A DNA stretch of 64,000 nucleotides from Minisyncoccota bacterium (GCA_041667145.1 JBAYFP010000003.1:8424-72423), one strand, 5' to 3'; positions 18,087-28,879 are shown, numbered from the stretch's first letter. Translations and numbers: made by a program. The notes: generated by a model from the sequence alone, not told the origin.

Positions 18087-19152
18087 TTAATAATTCCATC
18101 AAAAAGACAGACACAGGAATGGCTAAAACTAAACCCCAAAAACTACCTAATTCAAAACCGACGACTGCAGCAATGATCACCACAAGTGGAGAAAGACCAA
18201 CTACGCTCTTTATAATAAGAGGAGAAAATAGAAAAACTTCAAATTGATGAAGGATGGTATAAGCTCCAGCAACCATAAGTGCACTTCCTATTCCTCCCGA
18301 AAGAAAAGAAAAGGAAACAGCAGGAATAAGTGCAACCAAAATACCGTAAGGAACAAGCTCCATTATTCCAGCGATAATAGCCAAAAGAAGAGCATATTGA
18401 ATACCCATAATAGACAACATAAGGTAAGTCAGAATGGTTATGAGTACACCAAGAAGCATCTGCCCCTTCATCCATAATGCTATCTTCCTTCGAGAACGCT
18501 CCCATAAATCTACTGCATATTCCTCATACTCTATAGGTAAAATAATTCTCAAAAAATTCTCTATACCTTTCTCTTGGATCGAAAGATAAAAAGAAATTAA
18601 AACAATAAGCACAACGTTAAAAATACTTCCGAAAGCGACAGAAAGTACTTGGAAGAATCCACCAGAAAGATTGGTGATAAATGCTCTTGAAGTATCAAGC
18701 AATGTGGTAAGAGACAAACTATGAGAAAGATTGCTAACGATATCTTTGGCTCCAGCAAATGCGTCATTCTTGAAATAATTTATTATAGAAGAATCTGGAG
18801 CATAGGCAGACAAAAAAACAGAAAAGTTATAAATTTCAGTTATTAAGAGTGGAACGAAAAGATAAAATAAAAATGCTAAGAAAAGAATCGCCGAAGCATA
18901 CATTATAACTACTGCTAAAATACGATTGACTTTTATCTTTCTAAAATGTGGAACTCCTGACTCTACAAAAGAAGCTATAATAATAGCTGTCAAAAGAACA
19001 AGGAATAAATCCCTCAAGAACCAAATCAAGAAAAATGCAAGCGCAACTAAAAAGAAACGAATTATCGTCCCAGTATTTATTGAAATAGAAGTAATATTAT
19101 TCTTCTCAAACATATCATTATAGTACCATAAAATATTAAATTTTAAAAACAC
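18034..19152 (-). CDS. AI-2E family (UPF0118/PF01594) transporter/permease.
   Basis: 372 aa polytopic membrane protein with typical AI-2E blocks LLLAIIAGIMELVPYG and LAIPVSVFL. Overlaps the metG start by about 50 nt. Confidence 0.65.
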   Translation of the reverse strand: MFLKFNILWYYNDMFEKNNITSISINTGTIIRFFLVALAFFLIWFLRDLFLVLLTAIIIASFVESGVPHFRKIKVNRILAVVIMYASAILFLAFLFYLFVPLLITEIYNFSVFLSAYAPDSSIINYFKNDAFAGAKDIVSNLSHSLSLTTLLDTSRAFITNLSGGFFQVLSVAFGSIFNVVLIVLISFYLSIQEKGIENFLRIILPIEYEEYAVDLWERSRRKIALWMKGQMLLGVLITILTYLMLSIMGIQYALLLAIIAGIMELVPYGILVALIPAVSFSFLSGGIGSALMVAGAYTILHQFEVFLFSPLIIKSVVGLSPLVVIIAAVVGFELGSFWGLVLAIPVSVFLMELLSDLEKHKTFAREKNEKK

Positions 19153-20421
19153 CTAAAATTTCAATACCTTAGAAAATTTTGTTTTATCTTTAAATGGCCC
19201 AATAAGAGCTAAGTTGAGTTTATCATCTTTAAATATATTTTTAGCTAAAATCTGTATTTCTAACGCTGTAACTTTCCTAATCTCGTCTGATTTTTGTTCT
19301 ATCTCCTTTATTTCACGCTTTAAAAGTTCTTGCATCCCATAAAAGCTAGCAATATCATCACTGGACTCTAAAGAGAGCTTCATATTACCTATCAAAAATT
19401 CTTTTACTTTATTTAATTCTTCTTTAGAAATTTTTTGTTCCTTTAATTTTTTACACTCCTCTAAAACTGCTTCTATGACCTCATAAATCCTCTTATTATC
19501 CACCCCCGCCGAAACTTGGAAAAAACCATGATCTGTATAAGCATCGTTATATGCACGTACATAATATCCGACACCCATTTCTTCGCGTAATTTCTGGAAA
19601 AGTCTTGAACTCATTCCTCCACCTAGGACTCCCGCCAATACGGAAAGTACTGCATTTTTCTTATAAAATAAATCATAACTTCGTAAACCTAAAACAAAGT
19701 GTGTCTGATCTGTTTTTTTAAATTTTACCAAAATTCCTGGCTTTGTCTGAGTTTCTTTTACTTTTAATTTTAAAGATTTTTTACCATGTGAAATTTTACC
19801 AAAAATTTTTGTCACTTCTTTCGATACCTCACGCTCATTCACCTTCCCTGCCACTACTATAGTCGTCGCCTCCGGTAAATAATGCGCTTTTTTATAATTT
19901 ATAAAATCACTACGCTTCATATTTAAAATATTTTTTTTATCTCCTGCTATGTTCCACCCTGCTGGTTGGTCACCATACAAAAGCTCCATTATCAAATCTT
20001 GAACATGCCTATTTGGCATATCTTCATACATATTTATCTCTTCGACAATGACACCCTTTTCTTTCTGCATTTCTACTTCTGGGAAAGTTGAATTCAAATA
20101 AATATCTGAGACAACATCAAAAATTTGTCTGAAATGCCTAGCATCTGATTTAGCATAATATCCTGTATATTCCTGCGCTGTGAAAGCATTATATTGGGAA
20201 CCTAAAGCATCTAATTCCTTTGAAATATCTATGGCCTTAGGTCTTTTGATAGTCCCTTTGAAACACATATGTTCTAAAAAGTGTGAAATGCCATTAATTT
20301 CTTTCCTTTCGTATTTAGACCCTGCTTCTACCAATACCAAAACAGTCACCGTCGGGTTATCTTTCATTGGAACAGTAATCACTCGCAAACCATTATGTAG
20401 AATTTTCTTAGAAAACTTCAT
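19153..20421 (-). CDS. M16-family zinc peptidase (pitrilysin/insulinase-like).
   Basis: 422 aa. Inverted zinc motif HFLEHMCFKGT (HxxEH). Confidence 0.85.
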   Translation of the reverse strand: MKFSKKILHNGLRVITVPMKDNPTVTVLVLVEAGSKYERKEINGISHFLEHMCFKGTIKRPKAIDISKELDALGSQYNAFTAQEYTGYYAKSDARHFRQIFDVVSDIYLNSTFPEVEMQKEKGVIVEEINMYEDMPNRHVQDLIMELLYGDQPAGWNIAGDKKNILNMKRSDFINYKKAHYLPEATTIVVAGKVNEREVSKEVTKIFGKISHGKKSLKLKVKETQTKPGILVKFKKTDQTHFVLGLRSYDLFYKKNAVLSVLAGVLGGGMSSRLFQKLREEMGVGYYVRAYNDAYTDHGFFQVSAGVDNKRIYEVIEAVLEECKKLKEQKISKEELNKVKEFLIGNMKLSLESSDDIASFYGMQELLKREIKEIEQKSDEIRKVTALEIQILAKNIFKDDKLNLALIGPFKDKTKFSKVLKF

Positions 20422-20432
20422 TTAAATTTTAA

Positions 20433-21647
20433 TTATATTTTATCCTCTATATATTTTTTTAATCCAGAAACTTTTACCCTCTCCTGCTCTCCTCCATCCC
20501 TATCTCTCACAGTCACTGCATCATCAGTCAATGTATCAAAATCCACCACTATACAGAATGGTGTTCCTATCTCATCTTGTCTTCTATATCGTTTACCTAT
20601 GTTGCCATTATCATCCCACATCACTCTACCAAATTCTGCTTTAAGCGGTGCAAAAACTTTTGTATTTGCATATTCTACGAGTTCCGGTTTATTTTTAAGT
20701 AGAGGAGATACAGCACAAATAACTGGCGCTATACTAGGCTTAAACTTTAAATATGATCTTACTTCTCCATCTTTTTCTTCCTCCATATATGCTGAGACAA
20801 GTAAAGACAAAAGAGCTCGATCGACTCCTATCGATGGTTCTATGACATGTGGTGTCATTTTTTCTGCAAGATCTTCATCTATATATTCTAGTTTATGATT
20901 TTTTAAATCAAAATCTGTTCTATAAGCTAAACCAAGAAGTTCTTTTTTACCAAAAGGAAAATCAAATTCAAAATCAATCGTTCTCTCTGAATAATGAGCC
21001 CTATCTTGACCTCCCACTTCAAGTTCATGGACTTTCGTCATATCGACTCCAATCTCTTCAAGCCAATCGATCATCTCCCCTCTCCAATATTCAAAATACT
21101 TTTCCCAATCAGTCGAACGAACAAAATACTCTATCTCCATTTGTTCAAATTCACGAACTCGAAAAATGAAATCTCTCGGCGCTATCTCATTTCTAAATGC
21201 TTTGCCTATTTGTGCCATTCCAAAAGGAAGTTTTGGATGAAAAGCATCTACTGTATTTTTAAAATTAACAAACATTCCTTGAGCTGTCTCTGGTCGAAGA
21301 TATGAAACAGCCGCTTCTTCTCCTGCTCCCACCTGTGTCTTAAACATCACATTAAATTGTTTACCGTCCTCCGTCGGATCTGAAAAACCTGCCACGTGCC
21401 CAGAAGCTTCCCATGCTTTTGCATTCATCAAAATAGCCGCATCGAGCCCATACATATCTCGCCTACTATCTACAAATTTCTTCCACCAACTCTGCTTGAT
21501 ATTATTTTTTAAAGCTACTCCAAAATGACCATAGTCAAACGTCCCAGCTAGGCCTCCATATATCTCCGAGCCTTGAAATATAAAACCTCGTCTCTTGCAA
21601 AGTGAAACTATCTTTTCCATTAAATCATTATCTTTTTTTTCTTGCAT
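20433..21647 (-). CDS. glyQS: Glycyl-tRNA synthetase, alpha2 dimeric type (compact).
   Basis: 404 aa. N-terminus MEKIVSLCKRRGFIFQGSEIYGGLAGTFDYGHFGVALKNNIKQSWW matches glyQS-type GlyRS. Confidence 0.85.
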   Translation of the reverse strand: MQEKKDNDLMEKIVSLCKRRGFIFQGSEIYGGLAGTFDYGHFGVALKNNIKQSWWKKFVDSRRDMYGLDAAILMNAKAWEASGHVAGFSDPTEDGKQFNVMFKTQVGAGEEAAVSYLRPETAQGMFVNFKNTVDAFHPKLPFGMAQIGKAFRNEIAPRDFIFRVREFEQMEIEYFVRSTDWEKYFEYWRGEMIDWLEEIGVDMTKVHELEVGGQDRAHYSERTIDFEFDFPFGKKELLGLAYRTDFDLKNHKLEYIDEDLAEKMTPHVIEPSIGVDRALLSLLVSAYMEEEKDGEVRSYLKFKPSIAPVICAVSPLLKNKPELVEYANTKVFAPLKAEFGRVMWDDNGNIGKRYRRQDEIGTPFCIVVDFDTLTDDAVTVRDRDGGEQERVKVSGLKKYIEDKI

Positions 21648-21670
21648 TTTTTTATCTTTATTTTATTAAA

Positions 21671-23602
21671 CTATTCAACTACCCTACTACCATTAAATGT
21701 AAAACCTGGATCATTCAAAAGGCGAGTACTCAATGATGCTTTATTGACTCTCACATCTACATTAGCAAAATCATCATGCCCGGTCAAAGTCGTATCATTA
21801 ATGATTGTCGGCTCTGTACCAACTTGAGAAAGTGAAGGCGTCAATTCTACTTGGAAAGAAATCTCTCTCCCCTCTTCAGTAATACCTGTACCCTTTGGTA
21901 TCCCTCCAACATTCCAAACTATTTCTTTTGTAGAAGCATTATAGGTCAAATCTTCAGTAGCAGGAATAAAAGGCCCAACAAATCTTACCCATGGTGGAAG
22001 AGTCGAGCGTACCTGCGTATTAGAAATATTATTTGCCGTATTAGAAAGAGACCAAACTACCGTATAAGTCGTTTTTTGTTCTACCTTAGGAGGAATCGGC
22101 CCACTATTTGTAAAAGCTCCAGAATAAAAAAGTGCCTTACTAGAAAGACCAACATCAGAAATAATTCTTATCACCTTCGATTCAGTACTACTCAAATCAG
22201 TAGTGACACCAGCACTCTGTGATTGCTCTCCTGTCACAGAGACATCTATATTTATGGTCGGTGAAGAAACGATACCACTCGAAGCCGAAAAGAGCGAGAG
22301 AGGAGAGAAGGAAAAAGAAACTGCCCCAGAATCTCCTGGATCTACTGAAGTAAATTTACTTTGTGAATTCTTATCCCAAACTATTACATCCTGTGTCGAA
22401 TCATAAAAACCCTGCCCCACTGATATAGTTTTACGATTTATTGAATTACCAGAAATTTTTGCACGAATAGATAAATTATTTATCTTTGTTTCTAGGTTAT
22501 TTGTCCATTGTATTTGTCCTTGAATAGAAGTCTTAGTATCTATGGCATATTCTCTCTGATATACACCATTTATAAGTAGCCTTGCATCAATCGAAGACTT
22601 TTTTACTAAAACGATGTGTTCTAGAGAATTAAAAACAACAGCGATTAAGGATTTATCTGTCGGCGACTGCGAACCACTCCAGACACGAAATACTTTTTCC
22701 TCTCCATCAAATACGTCAACCATTTTGCCTAAAATAGAGATACTGCGTTCTGCCCCTGGAGACAAATCTCCCAAGTTCCAAATATTATTACCCAAGGATG
22801 GCGAGGGTGTTGATTTCACAAATTGGAAACCAATGGGGTAATCAACCTTGAGAAGCATCTTTGAAACCGATTTCGTCGCGTTAAGTGTCGCTTTCACATT
22901 GAGAGTGATGTCTTGATTAGAACTCACTTCCGTAGGTGCATCAACAGAAAGATTGATAGGTGTAGAACTTATAGAAATATCAAATAATTTATCTTTCACA
23001 AAAATAGCATTTGAACCTTCAACTCTATACTCAATAGAAACTTTTATCTGGCGAGTACTTCCCTGTTCTCCAAACAGTATAAATTTCACATTCTCATTTT
23101 TTATTCCCCCAGCTGGAATCGTCCCTAACGATATACGCAAGTGCTCATTGTCTTGTGACAAACTAGCCTGTGAACTTTTCGGATATTCCACCAAAAGGTC
23201 GACAAGTTGTAATGGAGAGCTATTTCTATTTACCACTTCTAACAAAAGAGGATATTCTTCTCCCCCAGCGGTGAAAGCATTACTCAATATAGAAATATCA
23301 ATATTGTCATTGGAAACGCTATTACTATTACCAAAAAACATATAAGCTGCATAGCCAATAGATAATACAAAAAAGATTATCGAAAATATAAAGAATTTTT
23401 TAAACATAGATGTCTTCATAAAAAACTTCTCTCTCAAATCAGACCTGACTTCTTCTTTCTTCTGCCAAGAATCCATCACCTCTCTTTTTTGGAAATGCGG
23501 AAAACTATCACGATGCTCTATTTTTACTTGATAGTCTTTACTAAAAAGCTTACTTTTTAATTCTTCTATCTTATTTAATTTATCTCCATCTTGAAGCGAC
23601 AT
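21671..23602 (-). CDS. Hypothetical large membrane-anchored extracytoplasmic protein.
   Basis: 643 aa. One TM segment near residue 80 (FFIFSIIFFVLSIGYAAYMFF), followed by a beta-rich domain. No recognised motif. Confidence 0.45.
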   Translation of the reverse strand: MSLQDGDKLNKIEELKSKLFSKDYQVKIEHRDSFPHFQKREVMDSWQKKEEVRSDLREKFFMKTSMFKKFFIFSIIFFVLSIGYAAYMFFGNSNSVSNDNIDISILSNAFTAGGEEYPLLLEVVNRNSSPLQLVDLLVEYPKSSQASLSQDNEHLRISLGTIPAGGIKNENVKFILFGEQGSTRQIKVSIEYRVEGSNAIFVKDKLFDISISSTPINLSVDAPTEVSSNQDITLNVKATLNATKSVSKMLLKVDYPIGFQFVKSTPSPSLGNNIWNLGDLSPGAERSISILGKMVDVFDGEEKVFRVWSGSQSPTDKSLIAVVFNSLEHIVLVKKSSIDARLLINGVYQREYAIDTKTSIQGQIQWTNNLETKINNLSIRAKISGNSINRKTISVGQGFYDSTQDVIVWDKNSQSKFTSVDPGDSGAVSFSFSPLSLFSASSGIVSSPTINIDVSVTGEQSQSAGVTTDLSSTESKVIRIISDVGLSSKALFYSGAFTNSGPIPPKVEQKTTYTVVWSLSNTANNISNTQVRSTLPPWVRFVGPFIPATEDLTYNASTKEIVWNVGGIPKGTGITEEGREISFQVELTPSLSQVGTEPTIINDTTLTGHDDFANVDVRVNKASLSTRLLNDPGFTFNGSRVVE

Positions 23603-23657
23603 TTATTAATTATACCACCCCGAACAAGATTTAGAAATCTCTTAAGGGACAGGTATT

Positions 23658-24236
23658 CTACAAGTGTGTCTCTTTAAGAGCTTTATTTATTTGATATAAT
23701 ATTTTAGTTCTATTTTCTGATGCTTTAAATACTAAATCTTCCTCAAATGGTGACCTAATAAAATCTTTCAAAACCTCATTTCCTCCTATATATCCTAGAT
23801 TATTTAAAATACGTAAAACGATAATAACCTCAATATTTCGCAATTCATCTTTAGTTTCAGATTTTTCTAAAATAAATAATCCATTCAATAAATCATTAAA
23901 TAAAACTTCGTTTGGGTCTTCTCCGGCAAGTAAACGTTTCAAAAGTTTAGAAATATTTACAAAAACTTTAAAAACTTCTGGGTTAGATAAATTCTCCAGT
24001 TTATTTGTTTTAGCTACATTTGTAATTCGCCAAAAATCTTTCCCTTTTACTAAATCAATCTTGAGATATGCAAAGTCTTGCAAAACGAAACGCAACTTCG
24101 AGGATATTTTTCTCACACCCTGCGCGCTTGCATATATCATTCCTAAGTCACGGGTAAAAATGGAGTAATACTTCCCCGTCTCTCCAAAGTGCCCACTTCC
24201 TAATATTATTCCTTCTGTGTGGTGTATATGATGCAT
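23658..24236 (-). CDS. recO: DNA repair protein RecO (short form).
   Basis: 192 aa. N-terminal OB-like EGIILGSGHFGETGKYYSIFTRDLGMIYASAQGVRK matches the RecO N-terminus. Linkage to glyQS is conserved in many bacteria. Confidence 0.6.
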   Translation of the reverse strand: MHHIHHTEGIILGSGHFGETGKYYSIFTRDLGMIYASAQGVRKISSKLRFVLQDFAYLKIDLVKGKDFWRITNVAKTNKLENLSNPEVFKVFVNISKLLKRLLAGEDPNEVLFNDLLNGLFILEKSETKDELRNIEVIIVLRILNNLGYIGGNEVLKDFIRSPFEEDLVFKASENRTKILYQINKALKETHL

Positions 24237-24874
24237 TAGAATTCTTCTTCTTTATTTTCTTCAAAATTTTTAAAAATTATATTATGTTCTTTTAAAACCA
24301 AAGATGGCATCTCATGATTAGCTCCAAAAGAAATAAGCATCCCATCATGAATTGGAAAACAAATTTTAGGTTTTACATCTAGGGCATAGCTGATTGAATC
24401 TTTTACATTCGCCCATGGACCAGCCACAGGTAAAGCCAAAATTTCAACAGGTTTATTTGGATTATAAAAAGCATCTCCTGGATAAAATAATCTTTTACCT
24501 ATAAAATATGCAGTATTTTGTACTATAAAAATGTCCCCAAAAATTTCTTCATGTTTACAATCATGTGCTTCTATCTCTACACCAAAAAAATCTTTCGGAT
24601 CTTTATACTTTAAGATTTCATACTTAATACCAACTCCATCCAACAACTTTCCGACCCCTTCATTTGTAATTATTTTAATATTGGGATTATTTTTTATAAT
24701 TTCCTTTAAAGACTCAATATGTATGTGATCCCTGTGTTCATGAGTGATAATTATTAAATCAATATTAAATTCCTTCTCCTGCTCTCCAACAGTCCAAGAA
24801 CCTGGATCAGTCATAATCCTTTTTCCATTTTCCTCTATAACTAAACAACAATGTCCAAGTTTTTTGATTTTCAC
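24236..24874 (-). CDS. MBL-fold metallo-hydrolase.
   Basis: 212 aa. HEHRDHIH (HxHxDH) motif. Confidence 0.75.
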   Translation of the reverse strand: MKIKKLGHCCLVIEENGKRIMTDPGSWTVGEQEKEFNIDLIIITHEHRDHIHIESLKEIIKNNPNIKIITNEGVGKLLDGVGIKYEILKYKDPKDFFGVEIEAHDCKHEEIFGDIFIVQNTAYFIGKRLFYPGDAFYNPNKPVEILALPVAGPWANVKDSISYALDVKPKICFPIHDGMLISFGANHEMPSLVLKEHNIIFKNFEENKEEEF

Positions 24875-24881
24875 AAAATTT

Positions 24882-25292
24882 TTAACCTCTCGTTTTATTA
24901 AAAATTTCTATACCATCTAAAATCCACTCAGCACGTAAATTTGTAAATTTCTTTAATTCGTCCAAGGAAAACCAACCGGCATTCATTATCTCATCTGCAG
25001 GTATTTTTAATTCTCCACCTATAATTTCGGCATAAAATAAATGTGCTACCGGTCTGGTAATATCTTTATGAAATATTCCAATCTCTTTAATAAGAGAAAC
25101 ATCAAAACCGGATTCTTCTTTCGCTTCCTTAACTGCCGTCTGTTCTATATTGTCTCCTTTGTCAACCTTCCCCGCTGGCCAATTCCAAAGACCTTTTTTG
25201 GGACCCCTACCCTCTTGGACAAGTAAAAATTTGTTATCTTTAAATAATAAAACCCCAGCAACAACTTCAATTTTTTCAGTTTCTTTTTCCAT
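24882..25292 (-). CDS. NUDIX hydrolase.
   Basis: 136 aa. Nudix box GKVDKGDNIEQTAVKEAKEESG. Confidence 0.8.
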   Translation of the reverse strand: MEKETEKIEVVAGVLLFKDNKFLLVQEGRGPKKGLWNWPAGKVDKGDNIEQTAVKEAKEESGFDVSLIKEIGIFHKDITRPVAHLFYAEIIGGELKIPADEIMNAGWFSLDELKKFTNLRAEWILDGIEIFNKTRG

Positions 25293-25312
25293 CTCTAAAT
25301 TATACTACATTT

Positions 25313-28300
25313 TTACTTTTCAATCTTTACTTTAAACAGCAAAGTGTCAATTTTAATCTCCTCCCCATTATTTTCCTCAAATTTTATCTTTGAAGCTAGG
25401 ATTATTTTCAACAAATCTTCTTCAAATTTTTGAATTAATTTTTTACCCTCGTCATTGGTCTCAACAGTGAGAGAAATAACATCACTAGGAGTGAGCCCCA
25501 TCTTCTTGCGCATGTCTTGTATTGCTCGCACAAATTCTCGATAATCTCCTTCTTGTTTTAACTCTCCTGTGATATTCATATCAAGCAATACTTCAACTTC
25601 AAGATTCTTATTTTCTTTTACTTCTTTCACATTAAGCTCATCCTTAATTAATTCAATATATTCACCACCTAAATTACAATCCTTCACTTCAAGTGAAGCT
25701 AAAGGCTGGCGAACTTTTAATCCTGCCTTTTGTCGAGCCTCGAGGCCTAAAGTCACGATCTTTCTGACAGTTTCCATATGTTCCAGTACCCCCTCCTTCT
25801 TCCTCCCCCTATATAGGGGGAGGCTAGGTAGGGGTATAAATCCAAATATCTTTGAAACCTTTACCTCTGGCCACTCTGTTAAATGCACACTTTCTTCATC
25901 TTCTTCGCTCCTTAATTTCAACCAAATATCTTCCGCAGTAAATGGTACAAACGGCGCCATTATTTTTGTAAGAGTTTTTAATACAAAATACAAAGTTATC
26001 TTTGCTTTTTCAGCATCACCAATCTCCAAATCTATAGCTCCTTTTATTCTTTCCCTTGAACGACGTAAGTACCAAGTAGAGAGGTCACCAATAAAATCAC
26101 GAATAGCCCTAGTTGGTTCAAGTAATTTATAGTCATCAAGGTGTTTAGTAACAAGATCTATCAACTCATCCAATTTAGCTAAAATCCATTGATCTAAAAT
26201 ATCATCTGATTTTCTAGGTCCTAAAATTTCTAAATGAGGATCTCTATATAACTCATAAAATGCTAAAACATTATACAATAATCCAAAAACCTGACGATGA
26301 AGTTCGAGTACTGTTTTTTCATCAAAATTCTTTGATTCACCCGGCTGATTTACAGAATACATCCAAAGACGCAATGTATCTGCCCCATATTTATCCATTG
26401 CTTCCCATGGGTCAACAATATTACCAAGAGACTTCGACATCTTCTTACCTTTTGCATCAAGTAAATGTCCTAAACAAATAACATTCTTAAAAGCTTTACC
26501 ACGACCCATCAATACACCAATAGCATGTAAAGTATAAAACCATCCACGAGTCTGATCTATGGCTTCAGAAATAAAATCAGCAGGATATCCAGGACCATCA
26601 ACCCATTCTTTATTTTCAAAAGGATAATGATCTTGTGAAAAAGGCATAGTTCCAGAATCTAGCCAAACATCCATAACTTCTTTTGTGCGTATTAAATTTC
26701 CACCACATTTACAAACAAGTTCTACTTCATCGATAAAAGGCCTATGTAAATCAAGTTCATAATTTTCATTATGAGGAAGCGGGACAAAATCAAAATTTTT
26801 AATTTGTGCGTTAGCCAAATCACTATCTTTATCGCATAATGTTTCTTCTTTATTTAAACCTTTCACCATTGAAAATAGCGCCCAAGCAGTATCTTCATGT
26901 GTCACAATCAAAATATTTTTATTTTCATATTTTTGATCCACTTCATAAATAAATTTACCTACCCTTTTTTTTACATCAAGTAAAGCCTCTCCTTTTGGAC
27001 AAGCTCCGTCATATCTTTCTAATTTGTGCTCTATAAAATAATCATCAATGTCTTTCATCGAACTAGAAGCAAAAATACCATCATTTATTTCCACTAATCG
27101 TGAATCATTTTTTATATCTTTTACTTGGAAATTTATTCCTTCAGCAACAATCTTCGCTGTTTCTTGTGTACGTAAAAAAGGTGAAGCAAAAATCAAATCA
27201 ATTTTCTTATCTATTAAAAGTTTGACAGCTTCTTTAACCTGTTTATTACCTTTTTCAGTAAGATGATGAGTATTATTTGGGTTACTTGAAACTACATTAA
27301 GAGCATTATTTTCGGCCTCTCCGTGCCTCATCACGAAATATTTATTGCCAGATTTTTTTGTCTTTTCTTTTATTTCTTCTACACCCCCAATCACATCAAT
27401 CTTTTTACATGAATCACAAATCCAAACTGGAAGCGGGGTCCCCCAATAACGTTCACGAGATATAGCCCAATCTTTTATATCTTTAAGCCATTCACCAAAA
27501 CGCCCATCACGTATATGTGAAGGTTCCCAATTTATATCTTTATTTTCCTCAATCATTTTGTTCTTAATTTTCGGATCAGACATTCTGATATACCAAGAAT
27601 CACGGGCATAATAAATAAGTGCAGTATGGCAACGCCAACAGTGAGGATAAGAGTGCTCATATTTTTCTTTTTTTAACAAAAGATTTTTATGGGCAAGATC
27701 TTTTATAATATCAACAGCGACTTCTTCATCTCTAACAAATCTATCTTCTAAAAATTCAGTTCCCTTTAAAAATTTACCATCAAGACCAACAAGGTGATGT
27801 TTTGGTAGCCCAATTTCATTGCCTAATACAAAGTCATCCTGACCATACATCACTGCGGTGTGCACTACACCTGTTCCATCTTCAGTTGTCACAAAATCTG
27901 CGTTGTAAACTTTATAAGCCTTTTCTAATTTTGGTTTTTCACTTTCAGAAATTGTATTTTGCAAAAATGGATAAAGTGATTCATATTGTAAACCAATTAA
28001 ATCTTTACCTTTTATTTCATCATGAATAATCTCAATATTCTGACCTTCAAAAACATTTTTTATTCTATCTTTTGCAAGAATGTAAAGTCCAGAAACACCA
28101 ACGACTCTTAATGCCACATAAGAAATATCTTTCCCCACGGCTAAAGCGACATTCCCTGGAAGTGTCCACGGTGTTGTGGTCCAAGCCAAGATATAAGCAC
28201 TCTCTTTTATTATCATACCCTTCCCAAAAGATTGACCGGGCTTGAGGTGAAATTTTACTGTTACTGACAAATCTTTTACATTTTCATACCCTTGGGCTAA

Positions 28301-28879
28301 TTCATGAGAAGACAAACCTGTACCACATCTAGGACACCATGGTACAACTTTATAATCCTTGTAGAGTAAATTTTGCTCATTAACTTTCTTCAAAATACTC
28401 CATACAGACTCCATGTAAGTATTATGATATGTGACATATGCATTTTCTTGATCAACAAAGTAGCCCATTCTCTCAGTAAATTTACTCCAATCATCCGTAT
28501 ACTGCCAGACACTTTCTTTACACTGTTGGTTGAATTTTACAATTCCATATTTTTCAATTGCAATTTTTGAATCTAAATTTAATTTTTTTTCTACTTGAAG
28601 TTCTACTGGTAATCCATGAGTATCCCACCCACCTTTACGACGCACATGAAAACCCTGCATAGTCTTATATCTAGGAATAGCATCTTTAAATGCCCTAGCC
28701 TCTAAGTGATGAATACCTGGTTTGCCATTAGCAGTAGGAGGTCCTTCGTAAAAAATAAATTCTTTCTTCCCTTCTGTTTGAGTTAGAGATTTTTGAAAAG
28801 TTTTATTTTCTTTCCAAAACTCTAAAATACGCTCTTCTCTAAGTGCTGTTTCTGATTTTACGTTTTTTTCTTTTTCCAT
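25313..28879 (-). CDS. ileS: Isoleucyl-tRNA synthetase carrying an internal histidine-phosphatase (PGAM-like) domain.
   Basis: HIGH motif present as PGIHHLE. KMSKS motif present as KMSKSLGN. The likely start is the ATG at 28879, because the T-box terminator U-run lies between 28879 and the TTG at 28912 used by the ORF track. About 190 aa containing FVMRHGE, SPFLRTQETA and ILIVTHED are inserted between WICDSC and DLHRPFIDE. Confidence 0.9.
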   Translation of the reverse strand: MEKEKNVKSETALREERILEFWKENKTFQKSLTQTEGKKEFIFYEGPPTANGKPGIHHLEARAFKDAIPRYKTMQGFHVRRKGGWDTHGLPVELQVEKKLNLDSKIAIEKYGIVKFNQQCKESVWQYTDDWSKFTERMGYFVDQENAYVTYHNTYMESVWSILKKVNEQNLLYKDYKVVPWCPRCGTGLSSHELAQGYENVKDLSVTVKFHLKPGQSFGKGMIIKESAYILAWTTTPWTLPGNVALAVGKDISYVALRVVGVSGLYILAKDRIKNVFEGQNIEIIHDEIKGKDLIGLQYESLYPFLQNTISESEKPKLEKAYKVYNADFVTTEDGTGVVHTAVMYGQDDFVLGNEIGLPKHHLVGLDGKFLKGTEFLEDRFVRDEEVAVDIIKDLAHKNLLLKKEKYEHSYPHCWRCHTALIYYARDSWYIRMSDPKIKNKMIEENKDINWEPSHIRDGRFGEWLKDIKDWAISRERYWGTPLPVWICDSCKKIDVIGGVEEIKEKTKKSGNKYFVMRHGEAENNALNVVSSNPNNTHHLTEKGNKQVKEAVKLLIDKKIDLIFASPFLRTQETAKIVAEGINFQVKDIKNDSRLVEINDGIFASSSMKDIDDYFIEHKLERYDGACPKGEALLDVKKRVGKFIYEVDQKYENKNILIVTHEDTAWALFSMVKGLNKEETLCDKDSDLANAQIKNFDFVPLPHNENYELDLHRPFIDEVELVCKCGGNLIRTKEVMDVWLDSGTMPFSQDHYPFENKEWVDGPGYPADFISEAIDQTRGWFYTLHAIGVLMGRGKAFKNVICLGHLLDAKGKKMSKSLGNIVDPWEAMDKYGADTLRLWMYSVNQPGESKNFDEKTVLELHRQVFGLLYNVLAFYELYRDPHLEILGPRKSDDILDQWILAKLDELIDLVTKHLDDYKLLEPTRAIRDFIGDLSTWYLRRSRERIKGAIDLEIGDAEKAKITLYFVLKTLTKIMAPFVPFTAEDIWLKLRSEEDEESVHLTEWPEVKVSKIFGFIPLPSLPLYRGRKKEGVLEHMETVRKIVTLGLEARQKAGLKVRQPLASLEVKDCNLGGEYIELIKDELNVKEVKENKNLEVEVLLDMNITGELKQEGDYREFVRAIQDMRKKMGLTPSDVISLTVETNDEGKKLIQKFEEDLLKIILASKIKFEENNGEEIKIDTLLFKVKIEK
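25789..25843. repeat. P-family nested GC-rich palindrome inserted in-frame in ileS (ccccctccttcttcctccccctatatagggggaggctaggtaggggtataaatcc).
   Basis: Inner palindrome cctccccct-atat-agggggagg and outer palindrome cccctcc...ggtagggg. Translates on the minus strand as GFIPLPSLPLYRGRKKEG. About 85% identical to 39592..39645. Confidence 0.8.

Noticed and set aside
18239-18505. ORFs 18239..18505 (-) and 18244..18477 (+) inside the AI-2E transporter gene
   Set aside because: These are alternative-frame or antisense overlaps of a clear membrane-protein gene.
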